DNA of 64,000 nt from Candidatus Bathyarchaeota archaeon (GTDB lineage: Archaea; Thermoproteota; Bathyarchaeia; Bathyarchaeales; Bathycorpusculaceae). Position 1 is the stretch's first letter, and each line of letters starts with the position of its first letter. Location: assembly GCA_963775465.1 (NCBI GenBank), contig CAVZIW010000001.1:256001-320000 (forward strand), given 5' to 3'. Under the pieces are notes generated by a model. The model saw only the letters and a list, made by a program, of their open reading frames with translations, searched no databases and was not told the DNA's origin. Both the position numbers and the translations under genes were made by a program. Shown in pieces: positions 16,598 through 28,135 of the stretch.

Positions 16598-19264
16598 TTA
16601 TGGTCGTTTTCTAAGTATCAGAACTGTGGCTATAGCTATTGCAATTATTATAGCGACGACGCCGATTGCTAAGAACATCATTACATCTGCAGTTGTTGCT
16701 AGACCTGTCTGAATACCTTCGGTTGGTGCAGGTGTTGCTGGTGCAGGATCAACTGCGAAGCTTGTTTCAGAGTAGCTTGGCCAGTACCCATTTGTGCCAT
16801 AGAAATTAGCAATGACGGTATATTTGCCTTCAATGTCGGGTGTCCACTGATAACTATATATTCCTGTCGCGTCGGTTGTTGCTGTACCAATGTTGCGGTA
16901 GTTTCCGTTGGAGTCAATAACGTCTAAAATTACGTCAACGCCTTTGAAGTTTGTCGGTAGTGGTTTCTGTTGATATACATATCCCATCCATTCAGTCATG
17001 GCCTCATCAGATGAGAGGGGTACGCCGTTTGCAAAGTTAGCTTTTTGTTGTTTCTGTTCAGTGCCAGATGAAACGTCAGTTACAGTACCGCTTACAATTA
17101 GTGAGCTGCCTAGTGTTATTCCGGCTTTTGGTGCATCTACAGTTAAGGCGCTTGGACCTCTTCCTACAACGTAGATTTGGTTATCATATCCATTGAAGAA
17201 CGTTGCATATCCGTCAGCTATGGCATAACTGGTTGTGCTTCCTCCACCACCCGTATAGTCAGATAGAGTCCATATTTCAGTGCCGTCAGTAGCGTTAATA
17301 GCACGAGCTAAAGCTCCTTTATAGATTGGGTTAAGAATAGTGTGCTCAGTTGTTTCTGTGTATATTATCCCGTTACCAATAGCTGTTATAAAAGTAGGAT
17401 AGACGCCATATCCAGTATAGAGTCCTGAGTTAGTAGTGTTACCTTCTCCACCGTTACCGTAAGTCCACTTTAGGTCACCATTTTGTGAGTCATAGCAATA
17501 GATTACTCCGCCAAATCCGCTATAGTAAAGGTTACCGTAAGCAAGTTGGGCACATGGAACACCGCCAAAATCGTTGCCATAGTAGTCAAGGGCTTTTTCA
17601 TCACCTATTGGACCCCATATTCGTTGACCAGTATCCAGACTGTATGCGACCCATTGCGAAGTTTCTTTGTGGGATTCAACAAAGACACGACTTACTGGGT
17701 CAGCTCCTGCCCAGAAGACTGTTACGTTACCTGCTGGGGGTTGAAGCGTATTTGACCAAAGCATTGAACCTGCATGAGTTGCGTCGAGACTGACAGCAAA
17801 GTACGTGTATGGATCTTCACTATATCTACCAAACGCTGCTGGAGAACCACCTGACGGTAATGTACCAGTGTAACCAAGCAATACGTCGTTGTAATAGGCA
17901 ACTACTTGTGTAGGTGTTCCTGTCAAGGTATTTAATGCAGAGGCTGAAACGTTCCAATCATAGTTGGCGGGAGAGGTACCATCATAAGTGTATCCTACAG
18001 TTACTGGAGAAAGAAAGCCTGCGCTAGTGTATATCATCCGGGTAAAGTTCCATTCGCTTACATAGTAATTTGGTGCTGTTGGTGAACCTTTGTTAGTCAA
18101 GCTGTAGATGAGGTATTCTCCGTCTGGACCCATTGCAGGTGACCCTGCAGGAACGTTTGTCACGTTCATGATCCAATTGCCTGTGTCAGCGTCATAGATT
18201 ACCCATGTTGTTGGAAGGAATGTTCCGGTGAAGAAGTTGAACCCTCCTGAAACTGTAACTAGCATCGGTGGGAATACTCCGTGTTGGTTGGGGTCATTTG
18301 GCGGGACATTGGGCATGATTCCGAATGAAGGAGCAGTCACATCAGAACGAGACCAGATTAATTCTCCTGAACGCAGATCGACGCAAATAGTCGGTGTAGT
18401 ACTGCCCGTCGAAAATGACAATGGTGGATTGTAGTATAGCATTCCGTCCATTATTATCGGATTCGTAAATCGATTAATGTATGCAGATCCTTCAAAGAAG
18501 TCGACACCGGGAACTAAATAATCAGTTCCCCCGACAACTCCTCCACTTTGCAGAGGTTTAGTCCACATTATGTGTGAAGTTTGCGGTCCTACAGCGCCAG
18601 GAATATATTTGCTGGTGTATGAATTTTCAGTGGTGAACCATGGAGAACTAGTGCCTAGCCAATTTGATGAAACCGACCACCAGTCAGTGTTTTCTGCGTA
18701 GATCGGACGTGTCCAGTACTCTGTTGGCAATGGGTAGCTACTTATGGCAATTATTGGGTCTTGCTGAACCGTTACGGTTGTAGTTGCACTGCTGGGCAAG
18801 TAAGTGTCATTTATGTATGCACTCTGATGTGGGAAAGGGTTAGTGAAGTCCGTAATAAAATCAGTGAAATCGTATACTTGTCCTGGGAAATTGAAAGTGA
18901 AGATATACTCGCCCACTGTGTCAGGTGTATAGGAGTAAAATTGTGCTGAAGTTGTGTCCTCTTCAACTGGAAAAGTTGTTGTTTCATTCTGTCCATTGGG
19001 TTTTGTTACGGTGAGCTTATAATTATGCCATCTATGGTCATTTCCCACGGCTGCTCCATCAGGTATTTTGTCAATCCACATGATAAGGTTGATTTTTTGA
19101 CCGACTCCCACCGGATCGGGTGCAGCGTTAATAAAAGCATACGTCGGGATAGTCCACGGCGGTGTGTGTGCACTAGCATTTGGCGTAAGAATTATTGATG
19201 CTGAAATTGTTCCAATTAGAAGCAAAGCGAGAAAAATTGCTAATTTATTTTTAAAAGGTTTCAT
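16598..19264 (-). CDS. secreted PQQ-like beta-propeller/Ig-domain cell-surface protein, paralog 1
   Basis: Signal peptide (..PNASA), propeller-type repeats (SGELIW, TGQRIW, NGDLKW, DGTEIW), C-terminal Ig-like domain, P/T linker, TM and LRKRP. AAGGAGA SD and CTTATAA box. Confidence 0.92.
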   Translation of the reverse strand: MKPFKNKLAIFLALLLIGTISASIILTPNASAHTPPWTIPTYAFINAAPDPVGVGQKINLIMWIDKIPDGAAVGNDHRWHNYKLTVTKPNGQNETTTFPVEEDTTSAQFYSYTPDTVGEYIFTFNFPGQVYDFTDFITDFTNPFPHQSAYINDTYLPSSATTTVTVQQDPIIAISSYPLPTEYWTRPIYAENTDWWSVSSNWLGTSSPWFTTENSYTSKYIPGAVGPQTSHIMWTKPLQSGGVVGGTDYLVPGVDFFEGSAYINRFTNPIIMDGMLYYNPPLSFSTGSTTPTICVDLRSGELIWSRSDVTAPSFGIMPNVPPNDPNQHGVFPPMLVTVSGGFNFFTGTFLPTTWVIYDADTGNWIMNVTNVPAGSPAMGPDGEYLIYSLTNKGSPTAPNYYVSEWNFTRMIYTSAGFLSPVTVGYTYDGTSPANYDWNVSASALNTLTGTPTQVVAYYNDVLLGYTGTLPSGGSPAAFGRYSEDPYTYFAVSLDATHAGSMLWSNTLQPPAGNVTVFWAGADPVSRVFVESHKETSQWVAYSLDTGQRIWGPIGDEKALDYYGNDFGGVPCAQLAYGNLYYSGFGGVIYCYDSQNGDLKWTYGNGGEGNTTNSGLYTGYGVYPTFITAIGNGIIYTETTEHTILNPIYKGALARAINATDGTEIWTLSDYTGGGGSTTSYAIADGYATFFNGYDNQIYVVGRGPSALTVDAPKAGITLGSSLIVSGTVTDVSSGTEQKQQKANFANGVPLSSDEAMTEWMGYVYQQKPLPTNFKGVDVILDVIDSNGNYRNIGTATTDATGIYSYQWTPDIEGKYTVIANFYGTNGYWPSYSETSFAVDPAPATPAPTEGIQTGLATTADVMMFLAIGVVAIIIAIAIATVLILRKRP

Positions 19265-19391
19265 TTGTTCTTCTCCTTATTTTGCGATATCAAATCTTTT
19301 TTAACAAATTATAAGTCCTTGCAAGAAGCAGCCCTTCGGTCAGCTTATAAACAAAAAACTCTTATAGACTTTCAAATCATAAAAAACAGCG

Positions 19392-20181
19392 GTGTCGATA
19401 ATCATTGAAGATATTCAGATTGAGACGCTAAAGAATGTGGGGTTAAGTCTTGTTCAAGCAAAAGTTTATCTTAACCTTGCAAAGTTTGGCACAGCTAACA
19501 TTAAAACGATTGCTTCAATGGCTAGTGTCAGCTAGACAAGATACCTACAGAATTATGGCTTCACTTGAAAAAATGGGGCTTGTTGAAAGAGTAATTAGCC
19601 GAACCACAATGTTTACTGCAACACCGATTAGGGAAGGTCTCAATCGCATTCTTGAGAATAAGAAGAGAGAATACTTTGAAGCTGAAAAGCAAGTTGAAAC
19701 AGTCTTTGAACACTTTTATGAAAAATCGAATAATACCAATGGCGTGCAAGAGGAAGAGGTAAGGTTTACTATCACATCTGAGCTAAGTCTGCTTTTCGAC
19801 ACTCACGCTAAACTATCTGACAATTCATCTGAAAATATCGATACAACTCTTCCATTAAACCTGCAAAAGAAAACGCTCTTTCAACACTTCAAATATATCA
19901 AACGAGCGGTAAAGAGAGGCATAAAAGTTCGAGTTATAGCTCAGCTTTCCGAGCCAAAAAAGGTTTCAGGACTCCCAGATATAGTCCCAACAGAATCTTT
20001 CCAATTACGACATTTACCAAGAAGCACTAAACTTTTTGGGATGCATATATTTGATCAAAAAGAGATAACTTTAGCAGTATCTGAAACCAAACCCCTGCCT
20101 AGTTTATGGACAAACAGTCCGCATGTTGTGCAATTAGCTACTGTTTATTTTGAGAATTTATGGAAAGAGGCGCAGAAATAG
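19392..20181 (+). CDS. TrmB-family transcriptional regulator (one-base frameshift at ~19530)
   Basis: LKNVGLSLVQAKVYLNLAKFG..IASMASV/ARQDTYRIMASLEKMGLVER wHTH, followed by a C-terminal effector domain (AVKRGIKVRVI, IFDQKE, FENLW). Confidence 0.85.
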
Positions 20182-20447
20182 ACTGATGTCATTGCTGTTT
20201 ATTGCACGTATCAACTGATCAGCAGTAACTATCCAATCAAAGACTATTTGGCAAAACAAGAATTTCGGGATTTTTGTGCAGAAGGGTTTTCTGACGCTCT
20301 GGACCGATTTAGGAGAAAAGAGAAAATGCAAACGCTCTTTCAATAGCTAATGCTATTTATAAATTTAACCAGAGCCTTCTCAGTCCATATATTCTCTAAT
20401 GTATCTGAAACAAAAAAAGGAAAGGTTGTTGGTTTAGTTTCTGCTTT

Positions 20448-22977
20448 TTATGGTCGTTTTCTGAGCACTGAGAATTGTTACGGCAAAGCCTACAGCGATT
20501 GCGATGATTATGCCTGTAACTGCTGGAACGAATAACATGTCAGATGCTGATTGCGAGGGTTGTTCGGTTGGTGCTGGTGTTGTTGCGGCTACTTCGTTTA
20601 CAACAAAAGCTGTTTGGGCGTATGATGCATAATAAGAGTCTGAGCCAGCAAAAGTTGCGATAACGGTGTATTTACCTGGAATGTCAGGCATCCAATCAAA
20701 GTTGAAGGCTCCACTTGCGCCACTGACAGTAGTGCCAATATTACGGTAGTTTCCGTTTGCATCCATAACATCGATTGTAACTGGAACACCAACTGTGTCC
20801 ATAGGCATCGGGAATTGTTTGTAGACATAAAGCATCCATTCACTCATGCTCTCGTCAGCTACAGCAGGAACGCCATTGGGGAAACGCATAGCCAGGAGAA
20901 TATCGCTAGTGCTTGGAGATACGTCAGTGACAGTACCATGTATCATTACAGATGAACCAAAAGGAACGCCCATATCCGGTGCAGCGACAGTAAGAGCGCT
21001 TGGACCTTTGCCTACAGCGTAAATGCGCTGGTCATAAGTATCCATAGTCACCATCACGCTATCACCGATAATGCCACGTCCACCCCAACGAGTTTGACGG
21101 AACAAACCATCAGCAGTCCAGATTTCTTCTCCAGTGGTTGCGTTTAGACAGATAAATGGTGCACCACGAGGTCTAGGATTTATAGGCGAGTGTTCAGTAT
21201 GGCCAAGGTAGATTTTGCCGTCAGTGATGAACAATGGCTTTAGCCACCAAGTATCTTGGAACAAATATTCAGTGTATTTCTGTTTAGCGTCGTAAGTCCA
21301 CAAAGTTTCTCCTGTTTTGACATCAAAGCAGTATGCTATTCCGCCGACACTTGCAGCATATAATTTACCGTAAGCTATGCATCTAACATCTGAAGCTGAG
21401 TCGTCAATTGAGTCCAAGTAATGCGTCGGTTCAGTGGGTCCCCAAATGTACTTGCCTGTCGTAAGATCGAAGCCAAAGTGCTCTCTAGTTTCTTTCACCA
21501 GCATTACTGCAACATAGTCTTCTTGACTCCAAGCCATCCAGCCAGCACTAAAGCCACTAACAGTCACTTGATCTGCCTCCCACGATGCGGGCGGAGTCCA
21601 AGTTTCGTTGTAGAGTAGTTGACCTTCTGATCCAGGTTCTAAGCTAACAGCCCACAATCTAATCGCTGTTCTAGATAATTCTGCACCGATAGCTCGATCA
21701 CCAATCCAAACTCTTTGAATAGCTCTACTGCCTCCAGGCAAGGTGCCTTCTGGCAATGTTACGTTGGTGTATGCTTTCATTTGAGCAGTACTAGTACCAT
21801 CCCAGTCTCCAGCGTCTAAAGTCCTATAATGTGTATTAGCAGCCCAGCTACCGCCTGCACGGTATCCGCTACCAGACCAAGTTCCGAAAGCAGTCATGTT
21901 CCAGATGCGCAATAGATTTTCTGAAGAGGAATAAGAATAGCGATAGATCCAACCGTTTTCACCTACAACTGTAGAACCCGAAGGAACATTCTCTACAGTG
22001 ATCAATAGCTTCGCAGTTAGGGGATCAAATGCATACCAAGTAGAACCAGAGGTTACCCACAAGTATGAATAGACGCCATGGTGGTTATAACCATTCCAGC
22101 GAAGTATTTGAGCCATTGAAATCGTTCGATTATCTAAGAAAGTAGTAGTCCACAGATGTTCTCCAGTGTGAACGTCATATGCTTCGTACTCCAGTGGGCG
22201 TTCACTAGTTCGGTGATTATAGACGACAACGCCTGATACGATGAAACGACTATTCCATTTGCCTTCATATGCATCTCCTGCACTAAACGCGTCTTGCTCT
22301 GCTTCTTCACCAGCAATGCCTCCCAAAGCTAAGGGCTTTGTCCATAGAATGTGAGCACTATCAGGAGCTTCAGCGTTGTATGGGACAAATTTATTTTCCG
22401 GTGTAGATACTAGCCAGCTTCCGCCGATTGTGCTCCATTCCCTAAGTTGTGCATCAATGGGACGGCTCCAGTATTCAGTTGGAAGGGGAACTCCTGGATA
22501 AAGGGGTATTGGCTCTTGTTGCACAACAAGATGAACTGGTTCGCTATGACCAGCTCGCACTATTGTGCCTATTGCCATGCCTTGTCCGCGTTTGCTAGTT
22601 GATGTTACTTGCTCTGGAAAATAACTCTGCAAAGTATAATTGCCATCGACATCGGGAATAAATATGCCCCCTGTTCCGCCAGTAGAGTCAGTTTTGTAGG
22701 GTCCAAGCGTGATGTTATGCCCATCAGGGTAAGTAACGATCACTGTTAGACCTTCCCAGCCCATTTCAACAGATTGCAGTGCATGTGGACTTCCGATATG
22801 AAGCAATAGTTCTTGGTTGACACCTATAGGGTTAGAGATAACGCCAAGATAAACATAGCTTGGAACACTTGGAGTGTCATCTTGTGCTGCAGCGTTTGGC
22901 AAAGCAAAAATTGGTACGGTCATTGCTATTATCAGAATTGCAACAATCGAAACATTTAAAGTTCTATTTTTTAACAT
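20448..22977 (-). CDS. secreted PQQ-like beta-propeller cell-surface protein, paralog 2 (frameshift in last codons)
   Basis: Same architecture as paralog 1. The alternative frame at the 3' end reads VLRKRP-stop at 20448, while the listed ORF runs on to 20434. Confidence 0.9.
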
Positions 22978-23702
22978 TTACATTCATATTCTCCGATTTA
23001 TACTACACTTACGTTAAGCGTAAGCAGAAATAGTTATAGTAATAGCTATTTAACATTTGTCATAATAAACCGACTTTAAAAATTACATATGATTAAAATC
23101 ATCATACAGCATGCAGATTCACATTATTTGTCAAACAAATGATTTAATAAATAACTCCACAAAAAGCAACGTAAAAGCTACATAATACCATTATCAAGAG
23201 AATCAAATAACAAGTTTGCTCAAGCTAAGGAGCATAATATCCTTAAGGAGAAATCATAACAAACATAAATTTTTCTATTTAGACCACAAAGTTTGTCGAA
23301 TTGAAAAATATTCTCGTAGAAAAAAGGAATTTTGCTTAGGATGTAGACTTCACCACCTAAAAGCGTCCGTTTAGGAAAAAAAGCTCCTCCATTGTAGGTC
23401 TTGCTGGCGTCTACCGAGGAATAAGAATCGTGAATATTGATAAAATTTTGAGTCTTCTAAAAAAGAAAGCCTGTAAATTAGAATCAGCTGAATACAAACT
23501 AAAAGAAGAAGAAACCCTCTACATACCACATCGTCTATTGAACTTAAAAAGAACTCCTTCTGAACTATCACCTAAACTAAGAGAAGAAGAAAAAAATCGA
23601 TTCTGCCAGAAAATAGCGGTTTTTTCTTCTTTCACAAATCGCTTAGAAAAAAGCTATTTTAACGCTATAAGAGAGATAATCCCACCCATCATTTTTTATT
23701 CG

Positions 23703-23756
23703 TTAGTTTAGTAGTAGTTGTCCGGCAAATTCAGCAGACAACTACTACTAAACTAA
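23703..23756. repeat. perfect 20-bp inverted repeat with 14-nt spacer
   Basis: TTAGTTTAGTAGTAGTTGTC (23703-23722) / GACAACTACTACTAAACTAA (23737-23756). Confidence 0.92.
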
Positions 23757-23882
23757 ACACACAACAGCCGCCCCAAAATCATCCAGCCTGTTTAGTAGTC
23801 GAGTGCCAAGAAAAGAGAGTTATCATTTGGCTCTTACAATTTTGTCTTTGATTCATGGAGAGATATAAAATAGGAAGATATG

Positions 23883-24611
23883 TCACGACCTTATTATTAG
23901 TAAGAAAATGCCTAAAAGAAGAATGAGGAAAGATACTATTTGTTTGAATGATTTTTCAGGCATTCTCTTTAAGACTATGTTGCCTGCTAATGTTCCAGCA
24001 ATCACTGTTAAAGTGGACAGAATTAGTATGCTAAGAAATTGGACAATCAGACTGGGCTGTGTCAGAAAATAGATGGGCATTCTTACTGCATCAACAATTA
24101 AGCCAGTAGCAGTTGCAGTTGCTATGAAGGTTTCTTTTTCGATATCAAAGTTAAGCAGTGCTACAGAACGTATGCCTCCTTGCTCTCCAGATAGTCCGCC
24201 GAAGAATCCAGAAGCTAGACCTGCAATGGAGGCGCTTTTTTTTCCTAAACGGACTCGCTCAGATACCTGTAGCACCCCGAGAACTCCAGCTAGAATAAGC
24301 ATTACTGCAAAAATAATTTGGAGGAGACCACTTACAAAGAAAACGTGAAGAAGTGCTCCAGCTAATCCTCCTGCAGCACTTAGTAAACCGAAACGGAGGA
24401 GTATTTGACGGTTAATTTTGGCTTTTAGTAACCAAAAACGGGCGCCTGTTCCAAAGAAATGAGGCAAAGCAACAAGGGCAATTGCAACCTTAGTTCCGGT
24501 GCGAACGCTAATTATGGGAATAAGAAAGCTACCTACACCAAATCCCGCGACGGAAGCTGTCATGCCTGCAAGGAAGCCAACAACCACAACTAAAAACTCG
24601 AACTCAAACAA
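23883..24611 (-). CDS. TauE/SafE (TSUP) family sulfite exporter-like permease
   Basis: ~8 TM segments. AGFGVGSFLIP and ASGFFGGLSGEQGG repeats, F.AT motif. Confidence 0.9.
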   Translation of the reverse strand: MFEFEFLVVVVGFLAGMTASVAGFGVGSFLIPIISVRTGTKVAIALVALPHFFGTGARFWLLKAKINRQILLRFGLLSAAGGLAGALLHVFFVSGLLQIIFAVMLILAGVLGVLQVSERVRLGKKSASIAGLASGFFGGLSGEQGGIRSVALLNFDIEKETFIATATATGLIVDAVRMPIYFLTQPSLIVQFLSILILSTLTVIAGTLAGNIVLKRMPEKSFKQIVSFLILLLGIFLLIIRS

Positions 24612-25009
24612 TTAGACGCCTAATTTAACATGAAGACCGGCAAGTTAAAAGTTTTTTCAGGATACGCTCAAAAATGAGCGATGGGTATTGGGGTAATGGC
24701 ATGCATTGAAAAAGATAAGTCAAGGAGACAGAGCGTAAATTTGCTTTAGCGTTCTTAATTAGGGGAAAGTGGAAATGAAAACCCCTAAACCATCTTCTTT
24801 TAGATGTTGTTCAAATTTTATAGAATATTCTCGGATATGTTCTGACAGATTTGTAGATTGTTTGAGAGTTGGAGAGAAAGCGAAAAAATGATCTATAGAG
24901 GGTTTTTCTGTAAAGAATTTTTCAAGTTTTGATAAATCAATTTAGGATAACCATAAATAGTAATTCTGTTGCAGAGTAATTTAATTCTATAAATTGGATT
25001 TGTTAGTTC

Positions 25010-26026
25010 ATGGTAAACAAAAAAACCATAACCATTGCTACTGCCATTCTATTGGTCACAGTAATTTTAGTAAGCTTTTTTGTTTACCTCAATTCCCAAA
25101 AACCCTACTCTGGACAAATGGAATCAATTAACGTGGCGTATTCACCTTTTGAATCACTAACACTCTTTTGGGTTGCTGAAAACCAGAGTTTCTTCAGCCA
25201 AAACGGCCTTAACGTCATCTCACACAAATATGACACCGGTGCGGGAGCATTAGACGGAGTATTGAACGGTGAAAATGACATTGTGGTGGGGACAACAGAG
25301 TTTCCATTGACCTCAAATATTTTAAATGGAGCACAAATTTGCACAATTAGCAGTATAGCTAAATCTGAATTCATTTACCTTGTCGCACGGATAGACCGAG
25401 AAATTAACCAGGTTTCAGACTTGAAGGGCAAAACGATTGGGACAACTTTTGGAACCATAGCGCAATTCTATTTGGGCAGGTTTCTTGAGCTTAATGGCAT
25501 GAGTTTTAAAGATGTGAATCTTGTTGACCTCAAAACGCCAGAAGAATGGGTTAATGCAGTAGTAAATGGTTCCGTGGATGCAGTTGCAACCGCCCAACCA
25601 TCAGCGGAATCGGCAAAAGATGGTTTAGGCGACAATGCTGCAGTTTGGTCAATTCAAAGCAGCCAGCCTTTGTATGCTGAAGCGATTGCAACCGATACTT
25701 GGATAACAAACCATCCTGAAATAGTTGTTAGATTCCTCAAGTCTCTATCGCAGGCGGAAGACTTCACAATAAAACATCCATCCGAAGCAAAAGCAATTGT
25801 AAAAAACCAGTTGAACCTAACAGACGCTTACACAGACAAAGTGTGGACTCAGAATCAATTCTCTCTTTCACTTGACCAATCCCTGATTCTCGCTATGCAA
25901 GATGAATCCCGATGGCTAATTCAAAACAACCTAACTAACGCATCGGCTGTTCCGAATTTCCTGAAAAACATATGTGTCGATGGACTAAAAGCAGTAAAGC
26001 CTGAATCCGTAAATATCCTGAGCTGA
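25010..26026 (+). CDS. NMT1/SsuA/THI5-like solute-binding protein, membrane-anchored
   Basis: N-terminal TM. WVAENQSFF, SDLKGKTIGTTFGT, GSVDAV, HPEIVVRFLKSL motifs. Confidence 0.9.
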   Translation: MVNKKTITIATAILLVTVILVSFFVYLNSQKPYSGQMESINVAYSPFESLTLFWVAENQSFFSQNGLNVISHKYDTGAGALDGVLNGENDIVVGTTEFPLTSNILNGAQICTISSIAKSEFIYLVARIDREINQVSDLKGKTIGTTFGTIAQFYLGRFLELNGMSFKDVNLVDLKTPEEWVNAVVNGSVDAVATAQPSAESAKDGLGDNAAVWSIQSSQPLYAEAIATDTWITNHPEIVVRFLKSLSQAEDFTIKHPSEAKAIVKNQLNLTDAYTDKVWTQNQFSLSLDQSLILAMQDESRWLIQNNLTNASAVPNFLKNICVDGLKAVKPESVNILS

Positions 26027-26035
26027 GATAAAAAA

Positions 26036-27953
26036 ATGAGGTTAAAAAGTCAACTAATCATCAGCGTCATTATCTTTGGTACAGTAGTGTTAATTGTTTC
26101 TGGGTCGATTGTAATCACAGACGGGCAACTATCTGAGATCCAGAATCAACAACAGGTAGCGAATAAAATTAGTGCCGGGGCGAGCGGCCTTGCATACATT
26201 TCTAACGATTATTTCCTCTATCAACAAAGCGACCAAGTTACACTGTGGCACCTGCAATTTTCTGCCCTTTCGGATGGTCTTTCAAAACTGAATCCTAACG
26301 GTCCCGAACAAGAGGTATTGGTAAGCAATGTTGATTCCGATTTACAACGTTTAAATACAGTCTTCGATAGTGCCGTGTCGCTTATTCAGAATATACCCGA
26401 AAATGAAACCGAACAGGTTCATCCAGAACTTAAAACTGCATCTAGTAGATTGGCAGTACAAAATCAAGCACTTGCCTTTGATTCTTCAGTTTTATCCAAC
26501 TCTTTTCGAGATCAAGCCGATCAACTGAAGCAGACAAACAGCCGCCTCATTTTTGGTTTGCTTGCTGCATTTGGAGCGTATTTCTTAACTTTTTATCTTG
26601 TTGTTTTTAGGCGTGCCTTGGGTTCGATTGCAAAACTTCAGGAAGGAACAAAAATAATTGGCTCGGGTAATCTTGATTATTCTATCGCAGCAAAGACTAG
26701 TGATGAAATTGGCGAATTATCCCAAGCCTTCAACCAGATGACAACTAACCTGAAAACTGTAACCGCTTCAAAGACAGAATTAGAACAGGAAATTATTGAG
26801 CGTAAGAGAGCAGAACGCGAAATAGAAAGCATCGCTAAATTTCCCTCTGAGGATCCTAACCCAGTATTCCGCATTGATAAAAAAGGCATAATTCTATTCA
26901 GTAACGAAAGCGGAACTTCTTTGCTAAATGTTTGGAATACCAAAGTGAATGAACGTGCACCTGAGAGCATACGTAAGGTTGTTGCCGAAGCTTTTGCAAA
27001 TAATAGAAAAAATGAAATTGAAGAAACGTACGGAGAAAAGATATTTTTGCTCCTGTTTGCGCCTATATATCTACAAAACTACGCAAATATTTATGCAATT
27101 GATATAACTGAACGCAAAAAAGCTGAATTGGATCTTAAACGAAGGACCAAAGAATTAGAGGATACCCAAAGAAAGCTTGAGGAAAATGCGGTACAACTTG
27201 AGGAATATTCTAGTCAAATGGAAGAGCTTGCAGAACAGAGAGCAAGTCAGCTCAAAGATGCAGAACGCTTGGCAACAATAGGTGCTACGGCTGGTATGGT
27301 GGGGCATGACATTCGCAATCCACTACAAGCGATAACGGGTGATATTTTCTTAGCTCAAACAGAATTGACTACCCTTCCAGAGAGTGAGCAGAAAACAAAT
27401 TTGGTTGAGAACTTGCAGGAGATTGAGAAGAACGTTGATTACATTAACAAAATAGTCCAAGACCTACAAGATTATGCTAGACCCCTAAACCCGCACCCTG
27501 AAGAAACAGACTTAACATCGATATTTGAAAAGTTTTTAGCCAAGAATGGTTTACCAGAAAACATCAAAGTGGATGTCAAAGCAGATGAAGAGGTCAAAAA
27601 AATTAGGGCAGACTCTTACTTCATAACCCGGATCTTGTACAATTTGATTACTAATTCTGTTCAAGCCATGCCGAATGGTGGAAAACTATCAGTAAACGCA
27701 TACAAAGAAGCAAATGACATTATTATAACGGTCGATGATACGGGTGTGGGAATTCCAAAGGACATACAGGATAAAATGTTCACTCCAATGTTCACAACTA
27801 AATCTAAAGGGCAAGGTTTTTGGATTACCAGTTGTTAAGCGTATGACTGAAGCTTTAGGCGGCGAAGTTACTTTTAAAAGCCAAGCCGGCAAGGGGACAA
27901 AGTTTACAGTGCGTTTCCCCCAAGAGCTAAACGGTAAATTGACCTGTAAATAA
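26036..27953 (+). CDS. sensor histidine kinase (2 TM, HAMP, PAS, HisKA, HATPase), frameshift in the T5 run at ~27817-27821
   Basis: DEIGELSQAFNQM (HAMP), VGHDIRNPL (H box), NLITNS (N box), DTGVGI (G1), F box FTPMFTTK. G2 GQGFGL and GKGTKFTVRFP continue in the shifted frame. Confidence 0.92.
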
Positions 27954-28135
27954 GGTTTAGTTTTCTAATTCCTGCTTTGCTAAAAAAATGACTTCAAATA
28001 GCTGACATAGCGTTTGTCGATTGGCTCGTATCGCAATTCCTCATCGCTGATCTATTATGAAAAACAACGCGCCCTATTTTTTTCCAATTTACTTGAAACC
28101 AAAAAAAAGAAAGATATTTTGTTTTATTGTTTGTT

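Noticed and set aside
23430-23711. 93-aa ORF ending in the inverted repeat
   Set aside because: No motif or clear SD. It may be a decayed fragment but cannot be supported as a gene.
23703-23800. CRISPR array or transposon terminal repeats
   Set aside because: Only an inverted pair with a 14-nt spacer. There are no regularly spaced direct repeats, cas genes or transposase.
27810-27830. Programmed frameshift or phase variation in the kinase
   Set aside because: The run is only five T and truncation would remove the G2 box. It fits the window-wide indel pattern.
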